DNA of 64,000 bases from Dehalococcoidia bacterium (GTDB lineage: Bacteria > Chloroflexota > Dehalococcoidia > DSTF01 > JACRBR01). Each line of letters opens with the position of its first letter. Position 1 is the stretch's first letter. The position numbers were made by a program, and so were the translations under genes. This document shows, one piece after another, positions 38,559-47,893 of the stretch. The notes under the pieces are model-generated. The model saw nothing but the letters and a program-made list of their open reading frames with translations, had not been told where the DNA came from and ran no database searches. The stretch lies in the NCBI GenBank assembly GCA_035650575.1, contig DASRHM010000017.1, positions 1,434 through 65,433 of the forward strand, given 5' to 3'.

Positions 38559-38846
38559 ATGACCGACGACATCGGACGGGGAGTGATGCTGCTCGTTGTC
38601 GCGTCGGCGCAGGGCGATGCGATTGAGCACGCGCTGTGCGAGCGCCTGCGGCCGGAGGACGTCCGGCGCCTGCACGGCGGCGCATGGCTCGCGTACGGCG
38701 ACGTGACGCCGGCCGACGTCCGCGACTGGCTCGCGCCGCTGCTGCGCGAGGACGACTCGCTGTTCGTCGTGGAGTACGAGCGATGGTCATCGTGGGGCAC
38801 CGCGCCGGCGGCGCACCAGGGGTGGCTGCACCGGCGGGGGCATTAA
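38559..38846 (+). CDS. Small hypothetical protein (possible ferredoxin-like fold)
   Basis: 95-aa ORF with high GC3; start uncertain. Confidence 0.5.
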   Translation: MTDDIGRGVMLLVVASAQGDAIEHALCERLRPEDVRRLHGGAWLAYGDVTPADVRDWLAPLLREDDSLFVVEYERWSSWGTAPAAHQGWLHRRGH

Positions 38847-38917
38847 GCGGCGCATACGGATCGGACCCCTATTCACGGTGCATTGGAAGCCGATATTCCC
38901 CTGTGGAGGTGCTTCCA

Positions 38918-39205
38918 ATGACACGTTTCATCATAGGGTTCGTTGCCGGCATTCTGCTCATGTTCGCCGGGGCCGGACTTGCCCGCACAGCCCGTCCTGC
39001 TCCCGCGCAGGCGTCTCCCGCGGGCGGAATCTACTCCGATGTGTGCATCTACGACGTGAAGGACATCTCGTATTACGTCAACTTGCCGTACGGGAGCGCG
39101 AAGTACGTCGAGGCCGTCGTCGCAAACTGGGATGGCGCGTACTTGACCGACTACGCGGCGCGCAACGCAGTTTCATCATTCGAGTGCACTCAGTACGGGT
39201 TCTGA
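38918..39205 (+). CDS. Small secreted hypothetical protein (Tyr-rich, 2 Cys) with lower GC
   Basis: GGAGGT RBS; MTRFIIGFVAGILLMFAGAGLA signal peptide; many A/T-ending codons. Confidence 0.65.
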   Translation: MTRFIIGFVAGILLMFAGAGLARTARPAPAQASPAGGIYSDVCIYDVKDISYYVNLPYGSAKYVEAVVANWDGAYLTDYAARNAVSSFECTQYGF

Positions 39206-39335
39206 TTGCAACCGCCCGAGCGGCGCTGGCCGGTTACCGCCGGCACGCGGCCTCTCCGGGGCACTGACCGGCAGCCGAGCGTGGGGCCGACGGGTTGGCG
39301 TTGCGGAGGATCCGCACGCCACCTGCGATCGCACG

Positions 39336-39596
39336 CGATGGAACGCGACCGAGGGCGGGTCGTGGCTCGTGACGGTCTCGCTGGCGCAGACGAGCGTGTG
39401 GTACCTGCGCCTGGGCTGCGAGCCCGACCCCACCGGCGCGAGCGGCATCGGCGACGTCGCGCCGCTGCTCGATACGCGCGCCACGCCCTGGGGCGCCATG
39501 ACCTACGTGCGCCCGGCGCTGCGGATGCCGGAGACGCCGCCGGAGTGGGCGCTTCCCAGCGCGCCGCCCGGGAGCGGCTCGGCAGCCTGGGCGTAG
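39336..39596 (+). pseudogene. C-terminal remnant of a family III (CaiB/BaiF) CoA-transferase
   Basis: One frame reads RWNATEGGSWLVTVSLAQT...VRPALRMPETPPEWALP..PPGS..AW, like the RATEGGSWHVRVSLART...ETP..W..P..PLG..W tail of two-domain CoA-transferases; upstream sequence is unrelated. Confidence 0.65.
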
Positions 39597-39714
39597 CTCC
39601 CCCGGGGCCACGATCCGCGCACGCGCACCCCGGCTACGCGTCCGCATCGGCCCCTAAGCGAATCGCTCATCTTCAGCCGCGAGGACGCCGATAACGAAGC
39701 GGAGGGGCGCTCGC

Positions 39715-41589
39715 ATGACGCCGGACCGGCGCTTCTTGAGCCGCCGATCGCACGAGATCCTCGCCCGCGAAGTCGGGCTGTGCTTCCTCTTCTACGGCGC
39801 GTATTACCTCGTATGGCGAGCCGGTTGGACGCTCAACATGGGCGCGCCCTGGCTGGCTGTGCCGCTGCTCGCCGCGGAAGCGCTGGCATTCATCGAATTT
39901 GCGCTCTTCTTCTTCATGACCTGGCACGTGCCCGAGGTGACGCAGACCGAGGCGCCACGGGGCCTGAAGGTGGACGTCTACATCACGACGTACAACGAAG
40001 ACCCGGCGCTGCTCCGCAGCACGATCCTCGGCGCCGTGCACATGCGCTACCCGCACGAGACGTACGTGCTCGACGACGGCCAGCGGCCGGAGGTGCGCGC
40101 GCTCGCGGAGGCGCTCGGCGCGCGCTACCTCACGCGGCAAGACCGCACGCACGCGAAGGCCGGGAACATCAATCACGCGCTCACGCAGACGCACGGCGAC
40201 TTCATCGCGATCTTCGACGCGGACCATGTGCCGTACCCGCAGTTCCTCGACCGCGTGCTCGGACGATTCGCCGACGAGCGCGTCGCGCTCGTGCAGACGC
40301 CGCAGGAGTTCTACAACCTGGACTCGATCCAGCACGCCGGCGACCCGGGCGCGGACGCGCAGGGACGGTGGCACGAGCAGTCGCTGTTCTACCGGGTGAT
40401 CCAGCCGGGGAAGGAGCGCCTGAACTCGGTCTTCTGGTGCGGGAGCAACGCGGTGCTGCGTCGCGCGGCGATCGACTCGATCGGCGGCATCGCGACGGAG
40501 ACGATCACGGAGGACATCCATACGACGATCAAGCTGCACCGGGCGGGATGGCGCACGGCGTACCACAACGAGGTGCTGGCGACGGGCATCGCCCCGGACG
40601 ACCTCGACGCCTTCCTGACGCAGCGCAAGCGCTGGGCGCAAGGGGCGATGCAGGTGCTGCGCAGCCGCGACAACCCGCTCTGGGCGCGCGGCCTGACGCT
40701 GCCGCAGCGGCTCAGCTACTGGGCATCGATGAGCACGTACTTCTCCTCGTTCCAGAAGCTGGTGCTGATCGCGACGCCGCTGGTCGTGCTGAGCACCGGC
40801 ATCCTGCCGATGCGGGCGTTCGGGCTCGATTTCCTGGCGCACTTCGCGCCCTACGCGGCGCTCGGCCTGTTCGCGAACAGCCTGTCGAGCCGCGGCTACG
40901 GGCGCTACTTCGACACGGAGCGGTTCAACCTGCTGAAGGCGTTCGCCTTCGTACAGGCGTCGGCGTCGCTGCTGCTTCCGCGCCGGCTGCGCTTCCAGGT
41001 GACGCGAAAGTCGCAGCTCGAGGAGCGCTCGAAGGAGCTGTGGCTGACGGCACCGTACGCGCTGATCATCATCGCGAGCGTTGGGGCGATCGGCTGGGCG
41101 GCGGGCACGATCGCCGACGCCGAGCGCGCGTCGATGCGGCTCGCCCTCGCGCTGACCGCGCTGTGGGCGGTGTACAACGCCGGCGTCATCGGCCTGGCGC
41201 TGCGGGCCGTGCTGCGACGGTCGCACCGGCGGGCGTCGTATCGCTTCGAGCGCCGGGTGCCGGTGCAGGTCGAGGTCGAGGACGGCGACCGGCCGGTGGC
41301 GCGCACGACGACGGTCGACCTGAACTCCGGCGGCCTGAGCTTCCTCTATCCGGAGCGGCTGGCGGCGGGGCTGCACGCGCGGGTGCGCATCGACATCGGC
41401 GGCGCGCGGCCGGTCGAGGCGACAGCGGTGGTGGTCAACGCGCACCCGGCGGACGCGGACGGGGCGGCGTATCGCGTCGGCGCGCGGTTCATCGACATGG
41501 GCGAAGGCGCCCGTGACGCGCTCACGCTGTTCCTCTTCAGCAACGACCCGCGGCCCGCCGCGGGCGAACCGCCCGCGGCCGCGGCGTAA
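39715..41589 (+). CDS. Cellulose-synthase-like GT2 (BcsA-like) with C-terminal PilZ domain
   Basis: VDVYITTYNE, LDDG, HAKAGNIN, FDADH, VQTPQ.F, FWCGS, TED, QRKRW; PilZ RRASYR and DLNSGG. Confidence 0.9.
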   Translation: MTPDRRFLSRRSHEILAREVGLCFLFYGAYYLVWRAGWTLNMGAPWLAVPLLAAEALAFIEFALFFFMTWHVPEVTQTEAPRGLKVDVYITTYNEDPALLRSTILGAVHMRYPHETYVLDDGQRPEVRALAEALGARYLTRQDRTHAKAGNINHALTQTHGDFIAIFDADHVPYPQFLDRVLGRFADERVALVQTPQEFYNLDSIQHAGDPGADAQGRWHEQSLFYRVIQPGKERLNSVFWCGSNAVLRRAAIDSIGGIATETITEDIHTTIKLHRAGWRTAYHNEVLATGIAPDDLDAFLTQRKRWAQGAMQVLRSRDNPLWARGLTLPQRLSYWASMSTYFSSFQKLVLIATPLVVLSTGILPMRAFGLDFLAHFAPYAALGLFANSLSSRGYGRYFDTERFNLLKAFAFVQASASLLLPRRLRFQVTRKSQLEERSKELWLTAPYALIIIASVGAIGWAAGTIADAERASMRLALALTALWAVYNAGVIGLALRAVLRRSHRRASYRFERRVPVQVEVEDGDRPVARTTTVDLNSGGLSFLYPERLAAGLHARVRIDIGGARPVEATAVVVNAHPADADGAAYRVGARFIDMGEGARDALTLFLFSNDPRPAAGEPPAAAA

Positions 41590-41616
41590 GGCGCCGCCTG
41601 CCGCGCGCGGGACGCG

Positions 41617-41625
41617 TGCGATACT
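41617..41625 (+). promoter_or_regulatory. Extended -10 (TGcGATACT), 6 nt before the ATG at 41632; probable leaderless transcript
   Basis: gcgTGcGATACTgccggcATG with no Shine-Dalgarno sequence. Confidence 0.45.
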
Positions 41626-41631
41626 GCCGGC

Positions 41632-42975
41632 ATGGACGACCCGGTCCGCCGGCTGCGCGACGCGCTGCCCGCCGATGCGATCGAACCAGGCGTCGCGGAG
41701 GCGGTCGATGCGCTCGGCGGTGGGCGCGGGGCAGGAATGCCGCCGGGCGTCCCGCCGCTGGCCGTCGTACGGCCGGACAGCACCGCCCAGGTCGCGCAGA
41801 TCGTGCGCATCGCGGCGGCGACCGGCACGCCGGTCGTGCCGTATGGCGGCGGCACGGGCCTGATGGGCGGCGCGCGGGCGGTCGAGCCGGCGATCGTCAT
41901 CGACCTCGAGCGGCTGAACCGCGTGCGCACGCTGGAACGCGAGTGGGCGTGGGTCGAGGCGGGGGCGGTGCTGGCGGAGGTCAACCGTGCGCTCGAGCCG
42001 CAAGGCCGCATGCTGGGGCATGACCCGTGGACCGTCGGGATCGCGACCGTCGGCGGCGCCATCTCGACCAACGGGCTCGGCTTCTTCGGGGGCAAGTACG
42101 GCAGCATGGGGGAGCAGGTGCTCGCGCTGGAGGCCGTCCTCGCCGACGGCACCGTGCTCGCCACGCGCCCGGCGGCGCCGCGCTCGACGGGCATCGACCT
42201 GACGCGGCTCTTCGTCGCGGCCGAGGGGACGCTCGGCGTGATCACGGCGGCGGCGCTGCGCACATTCGCCGTGCCCGAGTCGAGCGTGCGCCGCGGATTT
42301 CGCTTCGCGACGTTCGAAGCCGGGTTCGCGGCGCTCGAGGAGATGCACCGGATCGGGCTGGCGCCGGCGATCCTCGACTACGGCGAGCGCGGCGGGGCGT
42401 GGGAGGCGCAGGCGCCGACGCTGTACGCCGGCTTCATCGGCGTGCGGGAGGAAGTCGATGGCCAGTTGCGGCGGCTAGTGGACGTCTGCCGGGAGGCGAC
42501 GCCGATCGACCAGGCGGAAGTGGACGCGTTCTGGGCGGAGCGGCACGTGCCGGCCGAGCGTTTCGCGCGGCGCCGGTCGAGCGGCTCGCCGGACGCGGGC
42601 CGCTGCTTCGACTACGTGCACGTCGCGCTGCCGATGAGCGGCGTGCTCCGGTACCGCGAGCGCGCACGCGCGCTGGCGCCGGCGCACGGGGTGGACGTCG
42701 TCGAGACCGGGCTGTGGGTGCACCCCGGGCTGTTCTCGATGGTGATGATCAGCGAAGGCGCGGACTGCGCGGGGCGCATGGCCTCGTACGTCGATGCGTG
42801 CCTGCGCCTGGCGATCGCCGCCGGCGGGTCGATGGAGTACTGCCACGGCGTCGGCGTGCGGCTGGCGCACCTGATGCGCGAGCAGCACGGCGCGGGGCTC
42901 GACGTGATGCGGGCGATCAAGCGCGCGCTCGACCCGCAGGGCATCCTCAACCCGGGCAAGCTGGACCTCGCGTAG
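41632..42975 (+). CDS. FAD-binding oxidoreductase (GlcD / FAD-linked oxidase family)
   Basis: PYGGGTGLMGG, ATVGGAISTNG, AEGTLGVIT, YCHGVG, DPQGILNPGK. Confidence 0.9.
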   Translation: MDDPVRRLRDALPADAIEPGVAEAVDALGGGRGAGMPPGVPPLAVVRPDSTAQVAQIVRIAAATGTPVVPYGGGTGLMGGARAVEPAIVIDLERLNRVRTLEREWAWVEAGAVLAEVNRALEPQGRMLGHDPWTVGIATVGGAISTNGLGFFGGKYGSMGEQVLALEAVLADGTVLATRPAAPRSTGIDLTRLFVAAEGTLGVITAAALRTFAVPESSVRRGFRFATFEAGFAALEEMHRIGLAPAILDYGERGGAWEAQAPTLYAGFIGVREEVDGQLRRLVDVCREATPIDQAEVDAFWAERHVPAERFARRRSSGSPDAGRCFDYVHVALPMSGVLRYRERARALAPAHGVDVVETGLWVHPGLFSMVMISEGADCAGRMASYVDACLRLAIAAGGSMEYCHGVGVRLAHLMREQHGAGLDVMRAIKRALDPQGILNPGKLDLA

Positions 42976-43062
42976 GCCGCGGGGCCGGCGCCCGCGACGG
43001 GCCGGGTGCTGGCACCCATTTGCGGCCGCTAATCTCGAACGCGATTTGGCCGATGCTTCCAC

Positions 43063-46038
43063 ATGCCGAGCGCAATTCACGAGCTGGGCGAGCTCGCGCG
43101 CCTCGCGGGCGGCGAGCCGGGCGACGAAGCCCTGCGGTCCGCGCTGGGCAGGATCCGTGACCTTCTCGGGTCAGAGGAGATCGTCCTCATCGACGGCAGC
43201 CAGGGCCGCTACGCGACCTTCGGCGGCGACGCTGCGCTCTCGGACACGGCGATCTGGCTCGTCCAGCGGCACCTGATCGCCGCGGGCGGGCCATGCGCCT
43301 TCACGCTGGAGGGCGGCGAGCCGCAGTTCGCCGGCACGGCAAGGAAGCGGCGGGGCGCGGGATATCTCGCGGGGCTCATCCCCTGCCGGCAGGCGCCGGC
43401 GCACATCCTGCTCGCGCGCGCACCGTGGGCGCGGGGGCGGATGGGGACGCGGCTGGCGCTGCTGCGGGCGTGCCTGCCAGCGCTCGGGCAACTCATCGAC
43501 CGGCGCGTCGCGTTCACCGCCGCGGTGGAGGAGCGCGACGAGGTGGACGCGATCGAGGCGATCTCGCTCGCGGACGGGATCGATGCGCTGCTCCAGCGCG
43601 CCGCGCGGATGACGGCGACGCTCGCGGGGTTCGAATACGCGACGCTCGTCGTGGTGGACGATGCGCAGCAGGTGCGGCATTTCGCGACGAACTACGACAT
43701 ACCGGAGGCACTCAGGCCGCCGGCGCCGGAGACCGTCCCCGATGCCGAGTTCCGCAGGGCCGTCCTCGACCGCCGCATGTCGCTCTACTTCGAGGACGTG
43801 CAGACGGACGAGCGCGTGCCGCGCGCGCTGCGCCAGTACTTCGCGACGATCCAGCTCCGCTCGCTCTGCGCGCTGCCGCTCGTGACGGGTAACCGCGCCG
43901 TGGGCTTCATGATGGTCAGCTCGTACCGCGCGCGCTCGTTCGGGCCGGCGGAACGCGAGCAACTCGCGCGCCTGTCGGCTTCGGTCGCGCGCGCGGTGGG
44001 CGCGGTGCTCGTCGGCAACGCGCTCGCCGCCACCGAGTACCGTATGCAGTTCGTGGCGGCGCACGCGCCGATCGTGCTGTTTGCGATGAACCGCGACGGC
44101 GTGTTCACGCTGTCCGAGGGGCGCGGGCTCGAGCGCCTGGGGCTGAGGCCCGGCGAGGTGGTAGGCAAGTCGGTGTTCGATGTCTATGCCGACGTGCCGG
44201 ACGTCTGCACGAGCATCCGGCGGGCGCTCGCGGGCGAAGCGTTCACGACGATCGCGCGCGTCGGCGAACTGGCGTACGAGACCCACTACGCGCCGATCTT
44301 CGAACCAGGCGGGGAGGTCAGCGGCGTCGTCGGTGTGGCGACGGACGTGACGGAGCAGACGCGCGCGCTCGAGCAGCTCGCCGAGCAGGCGCGGCGCGAC
44401 CCGCTGACGGGCGTGCTCAACCACGCCGCGATCACCGCGCTGGTCGAGGACGGCATCCGCCGCGGCGAGCCGTTCGCGGTGGCGATGGTGGATGTCGACG
44501 GGATGAAGGTCGTCAACGACACGTATGGCCACCTCTCCGGCGACGCCGTCCTGCGGGCGGTGGCCTCGACGCTGGGCGTGGACGGTGCCACGGCCGGCCG
44601 CTACGGCGGCGACGAATTCCTCGTGCTCGTGCCATGCGCCGACCGCGAGTCGGCCGAGCGCTACGCCGCGACCGTGGCGGAAACCATCCACGAGACGCGG
44701 TTGATCGATGAAGATACGAGCGCGACGATCCGGCCGCCGGTGAGCATCGGCGTGGCGGTCTTCCCGGAAGAGGGGACCACGCTCGTCGACCTGATCAAGG
44801 TCGCAGACAGCGCGATGTACGCGGCGAAGTCGCGCCGCGCGCGCGAGCTGGGCGTCACCGCGCGGCGGCTGGACGACCGGGTCTCAGCGATGATCGGCGA
44901 CCTCGTGCCGCTGCTCACCTCGCCCGGGGACCTCAACGCGAAGCTCCGGCTCGTCGCCGGGCGCCTTTCGACGGGCACCGGCTACGACGCGGTGGACTGC
45001 CAGGTGTTCAGCGAGGCGGACCACGCGCAGAGCACGCTGCAGGACGGCAACAGCGACGTGCTGACCGAGCAGTGGCGCGCAGAGCAGACGAAGAACGGCC
45101 GCGCGCCACACCGCCCGATCAACGTGATCCTCCGGAAGACGGGGCGCCCCATCATCCTCGAAGACCTGTCTATGGACGAGCGGCTGACGGACGTGGAGCG
45201 GGCGCTGCTCACCGGCGCCGGCCTGCAGTCGGCGATCGTCGCGCCGATGCTCTGGAACAACGAGCTGATCGGCACGCTGGCGGTCGCACGCCGTCAGCGG
45301 GGCGCCTTCGAGCCACGCGACGCGCAGTTCCTCGCCGCGGTGGCGAGCCAGATGACGGCGATCGTGCGCATGGCGGGGCTCGTGGAGGGCCTGCAAAAGG
45401 CGACGGACCGCCTCTCGGAGTCGCAGGCGGAGACGGTGATGATGCTCGCGGCGGCGGCGGAGGCGCACGACCGGACGACCGGCCTGCACCTCGCGAGCAT
45501 CCGCTCGCTGACGGAGGCGATCGCCGCCGAACTGGGGTACGACGCGGCGGCGGTGCGCGAGCTGGGCCTGGCGGCGACGCTGCACGACATCGGCAAGATC
45601 AGCGTGCCCGACGCCATCCTCTCGAGCCCGGTGCGCTTCGACAGCGACGACTGGGAGATCGCGCGCATGTGGCAGACGATGAAGCAGCACAGCGTCTGGG
45701 GCGCGGAGTTCCTGGCGGCGCGGCCGGGGTTCGAGCTCGCGTCGAAGGTGGCGCGCTGGCACCACGAGCGCTGGGACGGCGGCGGCTACCCGGACGGGCT
45801 CGCCGGCACGGCGATCCCGGAGGAAGTGACGATCGTCACGGTGGCGGACGCGCTGGACGCCATGGTGCAGGACCGGCCGTACCGCGCCGGGCGGCCGCTC
45901 CAGGAAGCCATCGATGAGCTCGTGCGCTGCCGCGGCGCGCAGTTCAACCCGACCGTGGTCGATGCCGTCGTGCGCCTCGCGCGGCGGGGGGCGCTGCCCT
46001 GCGCATCGCACACGGAGGAAGAACCGCTCGCCGCCTGA
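43063..46038 (+). CDS. GAF-PAS-GGDEF-GAF-HD-GYP c-di-GMP signalling protein
   Basis: DPLTGVLN, DVDGMKVVNDTYGH..GD, RYGGDEF, ADSAMY; HDIGK, HHERWDGGGYPDGL, VADALDAM..DRPYR. Confidence 0.92.
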   Translation: MPSAIHELGELARLAGGEPGDEALRSALGRIRDLLGSEEIVLIDGSQGRYATFGGDAALSDTAIWLVQRHLIAAGGPCAFTLEGGEPQFAGTARKRRGAGYLAGLIPCRQAPAHILLARAPWARGRMGTRLALLRACLPALGQLIDRRVAFTAAVEERDEVDAIEAISLADGIDALLQRAARMTATLAGFEYATLVVVDDAQQVRHFATNYDIPEALRPPAPETVPDAEFRRAVLDRRMSLYFEDVQTDERVPRALRQYFATIQLRSLCALPLVTGNRAVGFMMVSSYRARSFGPAEREQLARLSASVARAVGAVLVGNALAATEYRMQFVAAHAPIVLFAMNRDGVFTLSEGRGLERLGLRPGEVVGKSVFDVYADVPDVCTSIRRALAGEAFTTIARVGELAYETHYAPIFEPGGEVSGVVGVATDVTEQTRALEQLAEQARRDPLTGVLNHAAITALVEDGIRRGEPFAVAMVDVDGMKVVNDTYGHLSGDAVLRAVASTLGVDGATAGRYGGDEFLVLVPCADRESAERYAATVAETIHETRLIDEDTSATIRPPVSIGVAVFPEEGTTLVDLIKVADSAMYAAKSRRARELGVTARRLDDRVSAMIGDLVPLLTSPGDLNAKLRLVAGRLSTGTGYDAVDCQVFSEADHAQSTLQDGNSDVLTEQWRAEQTKNGRAPHRPINVILRKTGRPIILEDLSMDERLTDVERALLTGAGLQSAIVAPMLWNNELIGTLAVARRQRGAFEPRDAQFLAAVASQMTAIVRMAGLVEGLQKATDRLSESQAETVMMLAAAAEAHDRTTGLHLASIRSLTEAIAAELGYDAAAVRELGLAATLHDIGKISVPDAILSSPVRFDSDDWEIARMWQTMKQHSVWGAEFLAARPGFELASKVARWHHERWDGGGYPDGLAGTAIPEEVTIVTVADALDAMVQDRPYRAGRPLQEAIDELVRCRGAQFNPTVVDAVVRLARRGALPCASHTEEEPLAA

Positions 46039-46041
46039 GCG

Positions 46042-47514
46042 TCACGATGGCGCCGCCGCCCCGGCCGGCGGGGCGGGCGCCGCTTCGCCGGACTGCCAGC
46101 GCTCCAGCGCCTGCAGCCCGTCGTAGGCGGCGTACTTGTAGGCGTCGGCGATCGTCGGGAAGTTGAAGACGTTCTCGATGAAGGCGTCGATGGTCCCGGC
46201 GAACTGCATGCACATCTGGCCGACATGGATCAGCTCCGACGCGCGCTCGCCGACGATGTGCACGCCGAGCACGCGGCGGCTATCCGGGTCGAAGAGCAGC
46301 TTGATCAGCCCCGTCGTGTCGCCGATGATCTGGGCGCGCGCGTTCCGGCCGTAGAAGCCACGGCCGACGAGATACGGCGTGCCGCTCGCCCGCAGCGAGT
46401 CCTCCGACTCGCCGACCATCGAGACCTCGGGGATCGTGTACAGCCCGTACGGGATGAGCGACGAGACCTGCCGCTTGTAGGCGAAGCCGAACGCCTGGCA
46501 CACCGCCACGCGCGCCTGCTCCATCGAGGTGGAGGCGAGCGCCGGGAAGCCGATGACGTCGCCCGCGGCGAGGATGGTGGGCACGGCCGTGCGGTAGTGC
46601 TCGTCCACGGCGATGCGCCCACGCCCGTCCGGCACGATGCCGACGCGCTCGAGTCCCAGGCCGTCGGTGTTGCCGATGCGGCCCGCGCAGTAGAGCACGC
46701 CCTCGGCGCGCAGCACGGAGCCGTCCGCCAGCGAGACGACGGCGCCCGAGCCGCCGGGATCACGCGCGATCGACTGCATGCGACAGCCGAAGCGGATCCG
46801 CACGCCGACTTGCTCCATCTGCGCGACGAGGATCTGCGCGATCTCGGCATCGAGGAACGGTAACAGGCGGTCGCCGCGGTCCAACAGCGTCACGTCGCTG
46901 CCGAGCGCCGCGAACAGCGTCGCGTACTCGCTGCCGATCACGCCGGCGCCGACGACGATGAGCGAGCGCGGGATGCGCTGGATGCCGAGGACGCTGTCCG
47001 TATCGAACACGCACGCGCCATCGAAGGGCACGCCGGCGGGCCGCGCGGGGCGCGAACCCGTCGCGAGCAGGATGCACTCCGCGCGGAGCCGCCGCACGCC
47101 TCCGCTCGCGTCGCGGACCGCGACCGTACGCGCGTCCTCGAGCGCCGCGCGCCCGTGGAGGACGGTGATGCCGTGACGCGCGAGGTTCTCCTCCACGAGG
47201 TCGAGGTGCGCGCGGGTGACCAGCTTCTCGCGATAGAAAAGATCGCTCACGGAGATCGCGCGCGAGAAGGTGTAATCGATGCCGTACAGGTTGCGGCTGC
47301 GCAGGCCCGAAAGGTACAGCGCCGTCTCCCGCAGCGTCTTGCTCGGCAGCGTGCCGGTGTTGACGACAGCGCCGCCCACCGCTCCCGCCTCGACGGCTGC
47401 GACACGCTTGCCGAAGTAGGCCGCCTGCGCGGCGCCCTTTTCGCCGGCCGGGCCGAGGCCGATGACGATGAGGTCGAATTCGCGTTCCGGCGGCGTGACG
47501 TGGGCTTCGGTCAT
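46042..47514 (-). CDS. sthA: Soluble (Si-specific) NAD(P)+ transhydrogenase
   Basis: IGLGPAGE, NTGTLPSKTLRE, ATGSRP, GAGVIGSEYA, GDVIGFPALAS, YTIPE, FNFPT.A.AYK.AA. Confidence 0.88.
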   Translation of the reverse strand: MTEAHVTPPEREFDLIVIGLGPAGEKGAAQAAYFGKRVAAVEAGAVGGAVVNTGTLPSKTLRETALYLSGLRSRNLYGIDYTFSRAISVSDLFYREKLVTRAHLDLVEENLARHGITVLHGRAALEDARTVAVRDASGGVRRLRAECILLATGSRPARPAGVPFDGACVFDTDSVLGIQRIPRSLIVVGAGVIGSEYATLFAALGSDVTLLDRGDRLLPFLDAEIAQILVAQMEQVGVRIRFGCRMQSIARDPGGSGAVVSLADGSVLRAEGVLYCAGRIGNTDGLGLERVGIVPDGRGRIAVDEHYRTAVPTILAAGDVIGFPALASTSMEQARVAVCQAFGFAYKRQVSSLIPYGLYTIPEVSMVGESEDSLRASGTPYLVGRGFYGRNARAQIIGDTTGLIKLLFDPDSRRVLGVHIVGERASELIHVGQMCMQFAGTIDAFIENVFNFPTIADAYKYAAYDGLQALERWQSGEAAPAPPAGAAAPS

Positions 47515-47893
47515 CGGTCCTTCCGGCATGGGGCTCGCGCGGGGCAGGGGCCCATGGAACCACTCCGGCGGCGCAGCCACAACTCCCGCGCCCGGAGACG
47601 TCATGCGTCGTGCCGTTGGTGAAGATGGCGCCCGTGTTCGGCCCGACCCCGATCCGGTTGCCGAGGACGATGTCCTCGTCCGCCCCGGGGTTGAAGCTCC
47701 CCCGCTTGTGGTCGCCGAGCACAAGCTGGTTTCCCTCGACGCGCTCGAACGCCCCACGTTGGAAGGCGGACGCCACGGCACGCGCGATGCGCCACGGGCT
47801 CGGGTAGCGGCACGCGGCCGCGGGGCGTACGGGATTCGCCTTACGTGGCTCGCCTCATCGACATCCGCGGGGGCGGGCGCCGATGATCTACGC

